Notes: generated from the sequence alone by a model not told the origin. Positions 42,605-51,929 are shown, numbered from the stretch's first letter. The stretch: DNA of 64,000 nucleotides from Candidatus Melainabacteria bacterium (GCA_050247195.1 JBFWUP010000004.1:64537-128536); one strand, 5' to 3'. Translations and numbers: made by a program.

Positions 42605-43576
42605 ATGTCCAACACCGTGACCGCCTGTACCGGCGCACCCGCTGCACAAGACCTGATGGACCGGCTGCGGTCTGTGTACCATCTGCCGTTCACGGAACTG
42701 ATCTACCGCGCGCAGACCCTCCACCGCGAGCATCACCCGGCCAATACCGTACAGTTCTGTACGCTGGCCAACGTGAAATCCGGCAACTGCCCGGAGGACT
42801 GCACCTACTGCCCGCAGAGCGCCCGGTACAACACCGGCATCGAGACCTGGGATCTGCCTACCGTGGCGGATATCCGCGCCCAGGCCCGCGAGGCCAGAGC
42901 GAACGGTTCGACACGCTTCTGTATGGGCGCCGCATGGCGCACGCCCCCCAAGGCCCGTTTTGGCGAGGTGCTGGACCTGGTGCGCACCGTGGTGGACGAG
43001 GGCATGGAGGCCTGCGTGACGCTGGGGATGATTGATGACGCGCAGGCCGTGGCGCTGAAAGAGGCCGGCCTGACGGCTTACAACCACAACATTGATACGG
43101 CGCCGAGTTATTACGGCGAGATTATTACCACACGCACCATGCAGGACCGCCTGGATACCCTGAAGGCAGTTTCAGACGCCAATCTGCAGGTCTGCTGCGG
43201 GGGCATTCTGGGTATGGGCGAGACGGTGGAACACCGCCTCGAGATGATCGCCACGCTGTGCAGCCTGGAAACCCCGCCGGAATCCGTGCCGATTAACTGC
43301 CTGGTGCCCGTTGAAGGCACCCCGCTGGCCGATGCGCCGCCGGTGGACCCCATTGAACTGGTGCGCACCATCGCCGTTACGCGGATTTTTCTGCCGCAGG
43401 CGCGGGTGCGGCTTTCCGCCGGGCGGCTGAGTATGAACGACGAGACGCAGGCGCTGTGCTTTCTGGCCGGGGCCAACAGCATATTCACCGGCGAGAAGCT
43501 GCTGACCACTGAAAACCCGGGAAGCACGGCGGATCACGACCTGCTGGCGAAGCTGGGGATGATGGTGGAAGGGTAA
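42605..43576 (+). CDS. bioB: Biotin synthase
   Basis: It has a radical-SAM CPEDCTYCPQS motif and BioB-typical flanking sequence. An internal Met was chosen as the start. Confidence 0.9.
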   Translation: MSNTVTACTGAPAAQDLMDRLRSVYHLPFTELIYRAQTLHREHHPANTVQFCTLANVKSGNCPEDCTYCPQSARYNTGIETWDLPTVADIRAQAREARANGSTRFCMGAAWRTPPKARFGEVLDLVRTVVDEGMEACVTLGMIDDAQAVALKEAGLTAYNHNIDTAPSYYGEIITTRTMQDRLDTLKAVSDANLQVCCGGILGMGETVEHRLEMIATLCSLETPPESVPINCLVPVEGTPLADAPPVDPIELVRTIAVTRIFLPQARVRLSAGRLSMNDETQALCFLAGANSIFTGEKLLTTENPGSTADHDLLAKLGMMVEG

Positions 43577-43585
43577 GTAAACAAA

Positions 43586-43625
43586 CCCCTCTCCCCCAAC
43601 CCCCTCTCCCCAAGGGGCGAGGGGG
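43586..43625. repeat. REP-like repeat copy
   Basis: The copy reads cccctctcccccaaccccctctccccaaggggcgaggggg. Confidence 0.65.
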
Positions 43626-43668
43626 CTTTCAGGTCATCTTTGTAAACTAATATTAACCGCCGGACGCA

Positions 43669-43710
43669 TCAAAAACCAAATGATTGTTTTTATGCGGTTG
43701 TAATCATTTT
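43669..43710 (+). promoter_or_regulatory. Promoter-like motif copy (…caaaaacc-N-ttgtttttatgcgg…) upstream of paralog 1
   Basis: It shares the AAAAACC / TTGTTTTTAT core with seven other copies in the window. Confidence 0.4.
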
Positions 43711-43801
43711 TTTGTGTTTTCTTCGATATTGGGATGGATGGAAAAGACTGCGGTCTCTTTTTGGGCCGCCACAGGTTGGGATAACGATAGGGGATTTGGA
43801 A

Positions 43802-44878
43802 ATGGGAATTCTTCAGAATCTGAAACTGGGCCGTGATCTGATGCAGGCTGCCAAGGCCTTCTCCGGTGAAAAGGGCACTGCCGCCCGCTGGACCGGCGAT
43901 CTGCTCACCGGCGCCGAGGGTCAGGAGACGCTGACGGCCATTCGTGGCTTTGTCGGTCATATCGATCGCAAACTAGGCAGCCAGTGGGCCAGTGAACTGC
44001 GCCTGGGCAGTAACAATGCCCCCACCAGACTGAGCAATTTTCTGCGCAGCAACGGCGTCGATGTGGATTCGATCATCGCCAGCCACAGTTCGGCGCTGAC
44101 ACAAACGCGGTCTGAAAATAAAGCCTTCCGGGAAGCCATATCATCGCTCCGTAAGCCCGACGGCAGCATCAACCGCGAGGCGCTTTCACCGCAATACCGC
44201 AAAATGCTGGAGGCACAGGAAAGCAAACTCAGCGCTGTGCGCGAGCGACTGGCCAACAAAGGCGCCCAGGTCCCTCAGGGCTCAGCCAGCCATGGCCTGA
44301 CCAATACGCAGGCTCCTGGTGGTTCGGTTCATATTGGGGGCACGCCCAAAGCCAATGCGACAGCCGGTACACAAACGGCCAGTAAAGCGACAATAAAACC
44401 CGGAATTGAGACCCGCGCATTTGGCGGTGCTCCGATTAATCCAGCGACCAAAGCAACGGCAACGCCACACCCACAGGCCATCGCGGTGGACCCTGCAGGC
44501 GTAGCTACGCTACCCAGCACAACCTCTGGTGCCACTTCCGGTGAGAAGAAATCTTGGTGGCAGCGGCTGACAGGCGGTAGCGACAGCAGCAACCCTGCAC
44601 CAGTCCGGCCACTGACAACACAGGAACAGGCGCTGGCGGATGCAAAGCTGAAAGCGAACAAAAATGGTGAAGCACTAGAGTTGGCAACGAGATATCGCCA
44701 ACAGCAAGAATCAGCCGTCCGGCTGGGTGTCCAGATCAACCGACAGGGTGTGGGCAAACCGGATACATTCCGGCATAACCTGATGACTTCAATTCAGGAA
44801 AGACTGGCGGTGCGGGCTGCACGAAAAAACGGTCAATTTAAACTGCCCACACCACAAGAACTTGGCTTGGGCGCATAG
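43802..44878 (+). CDS. Low-complexity protein, member 1 of the tandem paralog array (starts MGIL…)
   Basis: Its N-terminus MGILQNLKLG resembles that of paralog 2. The centre is Ala/Thr/Gly/Pro-rich and the promoter motif lies upstream. Confidence 0.45.
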   Translation: MGILQNLKLGRDLMQAAKAFSGEKGTAARWTGDLLTGAEGQETLTAIRGFVGHIDRKLGSQWASELRLGSNNAPTRLSNFLRSNGVDVDSIIASHSSALTQTRSENKAFREAISSLRKPDGSINREALSPQYRKMLEAQESKLSAVRERLANKGAQVPQGSASHGLTNTQAPGGSVHIGGTPKANATAGTQTASKATIKPGIETRAFGGAPINPATKATATPHPQAIAVDPAGVATLPSTTSGATSGEKKSWWQRLTGGSDSSNPAPVRPLTTQEQALADAKLKANKNGEALELATRYRQQQESAVRLGVQINRQGVGKPDTFRHNLMTSIQERLAVRAARKNGQFKLPTPQELGLGA

Positions 44879-45004
44879 TGGCTTAAAACGCAAACCTGAC
44901 CGACTGGGCCGGAGCAATCCGGCCCTTTTACCATCAGTGCTAAATTGCCTATTCACGGCACTTTCAACCGATACCAATGTGTAAAATTACAGAAACAATG
45001 CGGC

Positions 45005-45070
45005 AAACCGCCCAAAACGCCTAGCACAAAAACCCACAACATTGTTTTTATACATACAGATAGGGACTAA
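45005..45070 (+). promoter_or_regulatory. Promoter-like motif copy (aaccgcccaaaacgc-ctagcacaaaaaccc-N8-ttgtttttatacatacagataggga)
   Basis: The module is conserved, and the RBS region caggggacaagggcaacc is conserved downstream. Confidence 0.45.
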
Positions 45071-45130
45071 TCCACACTGAACGGATCATCAAGGCATTAG
45101 GGAATTCAGGGGACAAGGGCAACCACAGAC

Positions 45131-45856
45131 ATGGGCATTCTGATTTCAAGAATTATTGGCAGTCTGAAGACCACGGGTCGCAACGTGGACGGCTGGAAAC
45201 CCGCACTCAGCGAACTGAAAGGCGGCACGTCCTTTGCCAGTGACATCAAAACGATGTTCACCCCGGGCAGAGCCGACAACCTGAGAAACATTTACAGGAG
45301 TTATGCCCAGGGCAACAACAGACTGCTGGCCGCCGTGGCCACCGTGCGCGATGCCGAAGGCAGCTTTACCGGGGTACGCAATGCACTGCTGAACGCCACC
45401 GGCGCACTGCAGGGCCAGGCGATGAAACAACCCAAAGCCGCACGCATGCTGGGCCTCGCCGCACTCGGCGTGGGCGGGGCAGGGGCGCTCTGGTGGCTCA
45501 ACAGCAAGGATCACACCGGCAGTTCATCCATTTACCCGCCGGGCGTCACACCAGGGGGCGTACCCGGTGGCGGATATCCCGGTATGCCGGGTTACCCGGG
45601 CGGTGGTGGTTACCCCGCCATGCCGGGCTACCCACAGCCATATCCTTTTCCGGGGCAAACCCCCATGCTGCCGGGCGGCGGCTATTACGCCCAGCCGGGT
45701 TACATGCCGCCCCCCACGCCACCGCTGGCATCAGGGCTGCCTCCGGTCAATGATTCACCGTTTCCGATTGATCCGGGACACGCCAACCCGCCGTCATCCA
45801 TTTACGTTTCACCGTACGACGACGAAGGCTACTTCAACTTCGGAACCACCGCCTGA
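45131..45856 (+). CDS. Gly/Pro/Tyr-rich protein, paralog 2 (N-terminal helical domain, Gly/Ala hydrophobic segment, GYPG-repeat tail)
   Basis: It begins MGILISRIIGSLK…, carries LGLAALGVGGAGALWWL, and ends …GYPGMPGYPGGGGYPAMPGYPQPYPFPGQ…. Confidence 0.55.
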   Translation: MGILISRIIGSLKTTGRNVDGWKPALSELKGGTSFASDIKTMFTPGRADNLRNIYRSYAQGNNRLLAAVATVRDAEGSFTGVRNALLNATGALQGQAMKQPKAARMLGLAALGVGGAGALWWLNSKDHTGSSSIYPPGVTPGGVPGGGYPGMPGYPGGGGYPAMPGYPQPYPFPGQTPMLPGGGYYAQPGYMPPPTPPLASGLPPVNDSPFPIDPGHANPPSSIYVSPYDDEGYFNFGTTA

Positions 45857-46037
45857 AAACGCATTTCACCAACCAATTCATCTCACTCCAAATAGTCCCA
45901 ATATCATCCCAACCAACCGGTTGACGTCCCATGACGGCAGCCGGCTTTTTATTGCCGTAAAACCTCTCAGAAAGCGGGTTTACAGGACACAACAAAAAGT
46001 AAAGATTGGGTAACATGCCGGCAAAACCGACCCATCG

Positions 46038-46086
46038 CCTAGCATCAAAGTCCTCAGAAATGTTTTTATATGTACAGATAGGGACA
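46038..46086 (+). promoter_or_regulatory. Promoter-like motif copy
   Basis: The copy reads cctagcatcaaag…aatgtttttatatgtacagataggga. Confidence 0.4.
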
Positions 46087-46118
46087 GTCAGAAACATCAA
46101 TAAAAGACAGGGCACGGT

Positions 46119-46871
46119 TTGCTCCGGCAAACCCAAGGAACAGGGGACAGGGTCATTAGCATTCTCTCCACAATCAGTGACGTTGGCATGCACCTGAAGC
46201 TGGGTAAAAGCAGCTGGAAGGCATCGCGCATCATCAAGAAAGGCCTGAACAATGGCAAGGCCATTAATGATTTGCAGAAGGCCGCGCTGAAGAGCAGCAA
46301 GCCCCATTTTAACAACGCCTGGCTGAACGCCGAAGGCGACCTGAAACTCGCGCAGAGACTACTGAACCGCAACCTGCTGAAACCGACGCAGGGTCAGGCA
46401 CAACGCAAACATCTTTTGAATGCGCTGACAAACGCCTGGGAAGCCAGCGGCAAGGATCTTGAAAAAGGCATCCGCGAAGGCCTGCCGTTCTGGAACAGCC
46501 TCACGCTGGTCAAAAGCGGCGAGGCGTCCCGCGTCCTGAGTCAGATTTCACCCACAAAACTGGCGCTGGGTGCGCTGGCAGCCGGCGGGGCCGGCCTGGC
46601 CTACCTGAAGTGGGGACAGGACGTGCAGGCGCTGAACCTGGGTTATCCCGGTCAGATTCCACCCAGCCAGTGGTCACCGTTTTATCCGGCGCCGGGCAGC
46701 ACCGGCTACCCCGGAAACAATCCGGGCGCTTACCCCGGCTATCCGGGTCTCACGCCCGGCGGGCAAACCAACAATTTTCCGGGCGCAGACCCTTCGCTGA
46801 GCGGTGGCGGCGCCTATAACCCGGACGGCACCTTCCGGCTGAACGCCCTGAACAACGGCATTCTCAGCTAA
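46119..46871 (+). CDS. Gly/Pro/Tyr-rich protein, paralog 3
   Basis: It aligns with paralog 2 (ISILSTISDVG…, LALGALAAGGAGLAYL, …GYPGNNPGAYPGYPGLTPGG…). The aligned start position is an ATT at 46155; the ORF ATG at 46119 adds a 12-aa extension. Confidence 0.5.
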   Translation: MLRQTQGTGDRVISILSTISDVGMHLKLGKSSWKASRIIKKGLNNGKAINDLQKAALKSSKPHFNNAWLNAEGDLKLAQRLLNRNLLKPTQGQAQRKHLLNALTNAWEASGKDLEKGIREGLPFWNSLTLVKSGEASRVLSQISPTKLALGALAAGGAGLAYLKWGQDVQALNLGYPGQIPPSQWSPFYPAPGSTGYPGNNPGAYPGYPGLTPGGQTNNFPGADPSLSGGGAYNPDGTFRLNALNNGILS

Positions 46872-46883
46872 AAAAGCTATACG

Positions 46884-46932
46884 GCTAGCACAAAAAACCC
46901 CTTATTTGTTTTTATATAAACGTATAGGGATT
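46884..46932 (+). promoter_or_regulatory. Promoter-like motif copy
   Basis: The copy reads ggctagcacaaaaaacccc-ttatttgtttttatataaacgtataggga. Confidence 0.45.
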
Positions 46933-46951
46933 ATGGGAACAGGGACCAACG

Positions 46952-47464
46952 ATGTCAACCACATCCTCAGGATTTGAAGCGTTTCTGAAACTGGGCGGCC
47001 AATGGCTTAAAGGCTCAGGCAAAAAGGGCGCCGCCCGCAAAGCTGGCGCGCTGTTTTCTGTTGCGCTACCCACCCTGTTGGCGGCCCGAGGGGTTTATAA
47101 AGCCTACGCCAAAAACGTGGCCCGAACGGCCGTTAAAACCACCGCCAGCCAAGCCACGCATGGCGTGTGGCGCTCCGCTGCCGGACTGGCCGTGGGCGCC
47201 GTGGTTGGTGGCCTGGTTCTTGAAAAAGGCATTGGCATGCTGGCCAACCGCGGTGGCGGTGGCGCAACCGGTTTTGACGCAATGGCTCCGGGCGGCTACG
47301 ACCCGGCCATGATGGGCGCCGGTCTGGATCCATACGCGGCGATGGCAGGGTATCCCGGCGGCGGTTCCGCAATGGGTTCCGAATTCGGCCAGGCCATACC
47401 GGCCTCGGGCGGCAGCACCCTGGATGACGCCTGGCGCGCTTACAACAGCCTGGGCGTGGGCTAG
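46952..47464 (+). CDS. Gly/Ala/Met/Pro-rich protein, paralog 4
   Basis: It carries AAGLAVGAVVGGLVL and a tail …GGYDPAMMGAGLDPYAAMAGYPGGGSAMG…. The conserved leader acagggaccaacgATG lies upstream. Confidence 0.5.
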   Translation: MSTTSSGFEAFLKLGGQWLKGSGKKGAARKAGALFSVALPTLLAARGVYKAYAKNVARTAVKTTASQATHGVWRSAAGLAVGAVVGGLVLEKGIGMLANRGGGGATGFDAMAPGGYDPAMMGAGLDPYAAMAGYPGGGSAMGSEFGQAIPASGGSTLDDAWRAYNSLGVG

Positions 47465-47501
47465 GCAATAAAGAAGGCGCCGGCCATGCCGACGCCTTCT
47501 G

Positions 47502-47573
47502 TGCGAGTTCTGGGATTCGAACCCAGGGCCTATCCCTTAAAAGGGGAGTGCTCTACCGCTGAGCTAAACTCGC
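47502..47573 (-). tRNA. tRNA-Lys (anticodon TTT)
   Basis: It folds by hand into a cloverleaf: acceptor GCGAGTT/AACTCGC, D-arm GCTC/GAGC, anticodon loop CTTTTAA, T-arm CTGGG-TTCGAAT-CCCAG. CCA is not encoded. Confidence 0.8.
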
Positions 47574-47671
47574 AGATACGGGTGAGTGGGTGCGCCGTCA
47601 ACAGGCCTCTCGGGGAACAGCGCAGTATCCGATATTCTACCGTCTGAACGGTGGGGGTCAACTGTTCCTCG

Positions 47672-49012
47672 TCAAATCAACGTCAGGCTGGGCGTCAGAC
47701 CCAACGCCCGCGGTGCGCCGTGGAGCGGGTTGTCCAGCAGGATCGTCTGCACGCGTTCCGGCCCCACGCTGACCATGCTGATGGGACAGCCAATCAGTTC
47801 ACTCAGTCGCTTCAGATAACTGCGGGCATTCGCCGGTAAATCGTCCCAGGTGCGCACATCAGCAGTGGTGGTTTTCCAGCCGGGCAGGGTTTCATACACG
47901 GGCGTCATCCGGCTGAGATCGCTCAGGCGCGCCGGAAAGGCGGTGGTGACTTCCCCGGTGGCGTTGCTGCGGTAGCCTGTGCAGATCTGTATCGTCGCCA
48001 GATCATCCAGCACATCCAGCTTGGTGATGGCCACGCTGTTGAGTCCGTTCACCATCACGCTGTAACGGCCGATGACGGCGTCAAACCAGCCGCAGCGTCT
48101 GGGCCGGCCCGTGGTGGTGCCAATCTCCTGACCGGTTTCCATCAGGTAGCGGCCGGTCTCATCGGTTAATTCGGTAGGGAAGGGACCTTCACCCACGCGG
48201 GTCAGATAGGCTTTCATCACACCCAGCACATGATCCAGCTGGGTCGGCCCGATGCCCGAGCCGGTGCAGGCGCCGCCGGCCGTGGCGTTGGAGCTGGTAA
48301 CGTACGGGTAGGTCCCGAAATCAACATCCAGCAGCGTGCCCTGGGCGCCTTCCACCAGAATTTTCTGTTTTCCGGAGAGCGCTTCGTGAATCAGGCTGAC
48401 CGTATCGCAGACAAACGGCTTGAGCTGTTCAGCATAGTCGGCGCACAGGTTCATCAGCGCCTCCACATCCACAGGCGGCAGCTGATGCCCTTTGACCAGC
48501 AGGGGGTTTCTGGCGCCGGCAATTTCCGTCAGGCGGGCGCGGAGGCCCTCGGGGGTGTCGTAGAGATCGCCCACACGCAGGCCGGTGCGACCCACTTTAT
48601 CCATGTAGGTGGGGCCAATGCCGCGACCGGTGGTGCCGATTTTATGGCCGGTCCGCTCGGCTTCCTGGGCTTTGTCCAGCGCCACATGAAAGGGCAGGGT
48701 GATGTGGGCGCGGTCACTGATTTTGAGGTTGGTGACGGCAAAGCCGCGGCCCACCATTTCAGTCACTTCGCGCATCAGCACCGTGGGGTCAATCACCGTG
48801 CCGTTGCCAATCACGCAGAGCGGGTTGGCGTAAAGCAGACCGGAGGGGATCAGGTGAAACTTAAACAGCTGGCCTTCATGCTTGACGGTATGGCCCGCAT
48901 TGCAGCCCCCCTGGCAACGGACCACGATGTCGGCCTCGCTGGCCAGCATGTCCGTAATTTTGGCCTTGCCTTCGTCGCCCCACTGGGCGCCCACAATGAC
49001 AACATTGGCCAT
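47672..49012 (-). CDS. purA: Adenylosuccinate synthetase
   Basis: The product begins MANVVIVGAQWGDEGKAKITD…GHTV. An internal Met was chosen as the start. Confidence 0.9.
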   Translation of the reverse strand: MANVVIVGAQWGDEGKAKITDMLASEADIVVRCQGGCNAGHTVKHEGQLFKFHLIPSGLLYANPLCVIGNGTVIDPTVLMREVTEMVGRGFAVTNLKISDRAHITLPFHVALDKAQEAERTGHKIGTTGRGIGPTYMDKVGRTGLRVGDLYDTPEGLRARLTEIAGARNPLLVKGHQLPPVDVEALMNLCADYAEQLKPFVCDTVSLIHEALSGKQKILVEGAQGTLLDVDFGTYPYVTSSNATAGGACTGSGIGPTQLDHVLGVMKAYLTRVGEGPFPTELTDETGRYLMETGQEIGTTTGRPRRCGWFDAVIGRYSVMVNGLNSVAITKLDVLDDLATIQICTGYRSNATGEVTTAFPARLSDLSRMTPVYETLPGWKTTTADVRTWDDLPANARSYLKRLSELIGCPISMVSVGPERVQTILLDNPLHGAPRALGLTPSLTLI

Positions 49013-49187
49013 CGGTACGGCTTCCTTCCTGATACTGCATATGGTTACGAAATGGACCCACTGAGGATACCCCGGCCGGTGCCGGCTGGCAAGCCGCAGC
49101 ACGCTGCGCCACCGGCAGAACGCCATTGACTTACCCGCGCGGAAGGCTTACTGTAATGGGGCCTGCCGACCAACAGGACAAACCCAC

Positions 49188-49280
49188 GGAGAGGTGGCTG
49201 AGTGGTCGAAAGCGGCTTCCTGCTAAGAAGTTACAGGGTCAAAAGCTCTGTCGAGGGTTCGAATCCCTCCCTCTCCGCCA
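49188..49280 (+). tRNA. tRNA-Ser (anticodon GCT)
   Basis: It folds as GGAGAGG…CCTCTCC-G-CCA, with anticodon loop CTGCTAA, a long variable arm, T-arm GAGGG-TTCGAAT-CCCTC and an encoded CCA. Confidence 0.85.
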
Positions 49281-49301
49281 CTTTCCCCTTCTGATCCATC
49301 C

Positions 49302-49493
49302 TTACCGGACTTTGCGGTAGAGTGCGCGCCCTTCGCCGCGCTGGTCCTGCTCGGTCAGCCAGTCCAGAAAAGCCTCCTGGGAGTGCTCCAGACGGACTTC
49401 CACGTCCCGTGCAAAAGCCACCGGCAGAACATCCACCGTCAGGGGCTGCGCCATCCAGCGCTGCATCCAGTCATCAAAGGGGTTAAATGCCAT
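49302..49493 (-). CDS. Small hypothetical protein (63 aa) preceded by a copy of the TTGTTTTTATA promoter-like motif
   Basis: The ORF has no recognised motif. The promoter-like copy lies at 49598-49632 on the same strand. Confidence 0.3.
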   Translation of the reverse strand: MAFNPFDDWMQRWMAQPLTVDVLPVAFARDVEVRLEHSQEAFLDWLTEQDQRGEGRALYRKVR

Positions 49494-49755
49494 GAGAGCG
49501 GCCTCGGGGTCCGTTCCGTGGAACGGGGCGTGATGGTGTCGGTTCTCGTATCTGCTTTTCCGTCACCCGGCCTTTTCGACCTGATCAGAAGGTCCGGGTA
49601 ATATATATACTACAGATATAAAAACAATTTGTCATCCCCCCGTGCGCAAAATCAAACCCTATGTAACAAACATGTTACGTCTGGCGCGCTCACCCAGACC
49701 TTCAGCAAAACCGCAGCGCCGTTACCAGGCGTCCGGCTGCGCGCAAAGGCCCCGT

Positions 49756-50820
49756 TCAGGCGTTCAGCAGGGCCACTTTCAGGGCCTGACCCCGCTCCAT
49801 CTGCAACAGCGCGTCTTCAAACCCGGCCATCGGCATCCGGCTGGTGATCAGGGGGGTGGGGTCAATCCGGCCGCTCACCAGCGCACTCACCGCCGCCGCC
49901 ATATCGGCCGGCGTGTGATGAAAAGCGCTCACCAGGGTGATTTCATCATAGTGCAGGCGCCGGGTATCCACGGGCACGGTGGTTCCCGCCGGGCAACCCC
50001 CAAACAGGTTCACCAGGCCCCCACGGCGCACCAGATCCACCGCCAGGCCCCAGGTTTCCGGCTGTCCCACCGCCTCAATCACGCGGTCAAACCCACGCCC
50101 GGCTTCGGTCAGCTCAGAACGGACCCGGTCGGCGTCACACCCTCCCGAAACATCCACCGTATGCGCCGCGCCGGCAAAACTGCGGGCCAGCGCCAGTTTG
50201 TGCGCGCTGCGCCCCAGCACCGTCACCACAGCCCCCATCCCGGTGGCGGCAACGGCCAGAAGCAGACCAATCGGACCGGGGCCGATGACGGCCACATGCA
50301 TACCGGGTTCAATACGGCTGACCGCCACCCCGCGCAGGGCAATGGCCAGGGGCTCGGCAAAGGCGGCTTTCTCACTGGGAAAATCCGGCGGCAGCCGGTA
50401 GGTATTGCGCACCACAATCGGCGCGGGCACCAGCAGATACTCAGCATAGGTGCCGTTGAGCAAATCCAGCGATTCACAGAGATTCTCCTGACCCTGCCGG
50501 CAGAAGAAGCACCCCCCGCAGGGGGCGGAATTGGCCGAAACCACGGCATCTCCCACAGCAAAGGCGGTCACCCCGGCGCCCACGGCGGCCACCACCCCGG
50601 CACCCTCATGCCCGAAAGGACTGGGAAAATTTTTCAGCAGGACGGGATGCCCCCGCCGGTAGCATTTCACATCGGTCCCGCAGGTCAGCGCGGCCCGCAT
50701 GCGCACCAGCAGCTCTCCGGGGCCCGGCAGGCGCAGGGGCACTTCTTCCCAGGCCACTTGTCGCGGCGCATGGAAGCGCGCCGCATGCATCGTACCGGGC
50801 AGCACGGCCGGGGCGCTCAT
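49756..50820 (-). CDS. Zinc-dependent alcohol dehydrogenase family (MDR) oxidoreductase
   Basis: It carries GHEGAGVVAAVG, a CGGCFFC structural-Zn cluster and a GxGxxG NAD fold. Confidence 0.8.
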   Translation of the reverse strand: MSAPAVLPGTMHAARFHAPRQVAWEEVPLRLPGPGELLVRMRAALTCGTDVKCYRRGHPVLLKNFPSPFGHEGAGVVAAVGAGVTAFAVGDAVVSANSAPCGGCFFCRQGQENLCESLDLLNGTYAEYLLVPAPIVVRNTYRLPPDFPSEKAAFAEPLAIALRGVAVSRIEPGMHVAVIGPGPIGLLLAVAATGMGAVVTVLGRSAHKLALARSFAGAAHTVDVSGGCDADRVRSELTEAGRGFDRVIEAVGQPETWGLAVDLVRRGGLVNLFGGCPAGTTVPVDTRRLHYDEITLVSAFHHTPADMAAAVSALVSGRIDPTPLITSRMPMAGFEDALLQMERGQALKVALLNA

Positions 50821-51929
50821 GCCCCGCCCACCTGTTTAAAAGCCATCGCGCCTTCGGCCGGAATGGTCAGCATCAGCTTAATCGCCTCGCCGCGTCCGTA
50901 GCGCTCCACCGCCTGCTGAATATCCGTCAGCGGCAGGGTCTCCTGCACCAGCGGTTTTACAGAGACCCGGCTGCGGGCCATCAGCATCAGGGCTTCACGC
51001 TGATCCGCCAGGGAAGGCGAATAACTGGTGATCAGGGAAATCTCTCTGAAATACAGCGCGTTGAGATCCAGTTGCGGCGCAACCGCGCCGGCGCCGGCGA
51101 AAACCAGAATCTGACCGCCGTCCCTCACCAACGCCAGCGCCTGATCGAGGCTCGCCTGGTTCAGCACGGTGAGAAAAACAATATCCACGCCACCAACAAC
51201 GGTTTCATGTTGCACGGCAACACGCAGGGTTTCTGAATCCAGCATGGGATCCCAGGCCGAACTGACCCAGCCCTCGCGCAGCGCAAGCTCCCGGCGCACT
51301 GCCAGCGGGTCCAGACCGATCACGCGATCGCCGCGCAGCCGGTAAAGCTGAGCCGCCAGCAAACCGATAAATCCCAGCCCAACCACAGCCACGGCGCCAT
51401 TCTTCAGCGTCCGCGTCCGGTTCACGCCGCGCAGCACACAGGCCAGCGGCTCCATGCAACTCGCCTCAGCATCAGAGAGGTTGGAGGGCACACCCTGAAC
51501 CGTCTGCTGCAAATGCGCCGCGCTCAGGGCAATCACCTCGGCAAACCCACCGGGATCCAGCCGGGTTACCTTGAATTGACGGCACATCGACTCGCTGTCA
51601 TTGCGGCAGTAATGGCACACGCCACAGGGCACGTGGTGAGAGGTCACCACCCGGTCGCCCACCTGAAAAGGCGACCGGTGATCATCTGCAAGGGCCAGAA
51701 TGCGGCCCACCACTTCGTGCCCCAGCACGGTGCCTTCAGGCACTTTCAGGCTTCGCAGCTTGTCGAGATCGGACCCGCACAGACCACAGCCGGTTAAGGC
51801 CAGCAAAGCGCCGCCCGGCGGCAGGGTGGGCAGATCCCGCTCCTGAAGGCGCAGCCCGGCCATCAGGGCAGGCTGCCGTGCCGCACCAGACTGGGCGTTT
51901 GTCGGAATTGTGACTTCAGCGACCAGCAT
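50817..51929 (-). CDS. Zinc-dependent alcohol dehydrogenase family (MDR) oxidoreductase
   Basis: It carries GHEVVGRI, CGVCHYCR and VVGLGFIGLL. The gene overlaps the downstream paralog by 4 bp. Confidence 0.8.
   Translation of the reverse strand: MLVAEVTIPTNAQSGAARQPALMAGLRLQERDLPTLPPGGALLALTGCGLCGSDLDKLRSLKVPEGTVLGHEVVGRILALADDHRSPFQVGDRVVTSHHVPCGVCHYCRNDSESMCRQFKVTRLDPGGFAEVIALSAAHLQQTVQGVPSNLSDAEASCMEPLACVLRGVNRTRTLKNGAVAVVGLGFIGLLAAQLYRLRGDRVIGLDPLAVRRELALREGWVSSAWDPMLDSETLRVAVQHETVVGGVDIVFLTVLNQASLDQALALVRDGGQILVFAGAGAVAPQLDLNALYFREISLITSYSPSLADQREALMLMARSRVSVKPLVQETLPLTDIQQAVERYGRGEAIKLMLTIPAEGAMAFKQVGGA

Noticed and set aside
49756-51929. Two tandem MDR dehydrogenases could form a novel pathway.
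   Set aside because: This is a common arrangement with ordinary Zn-ADH signatures, and there is nothing to distinguish it without substrate information.
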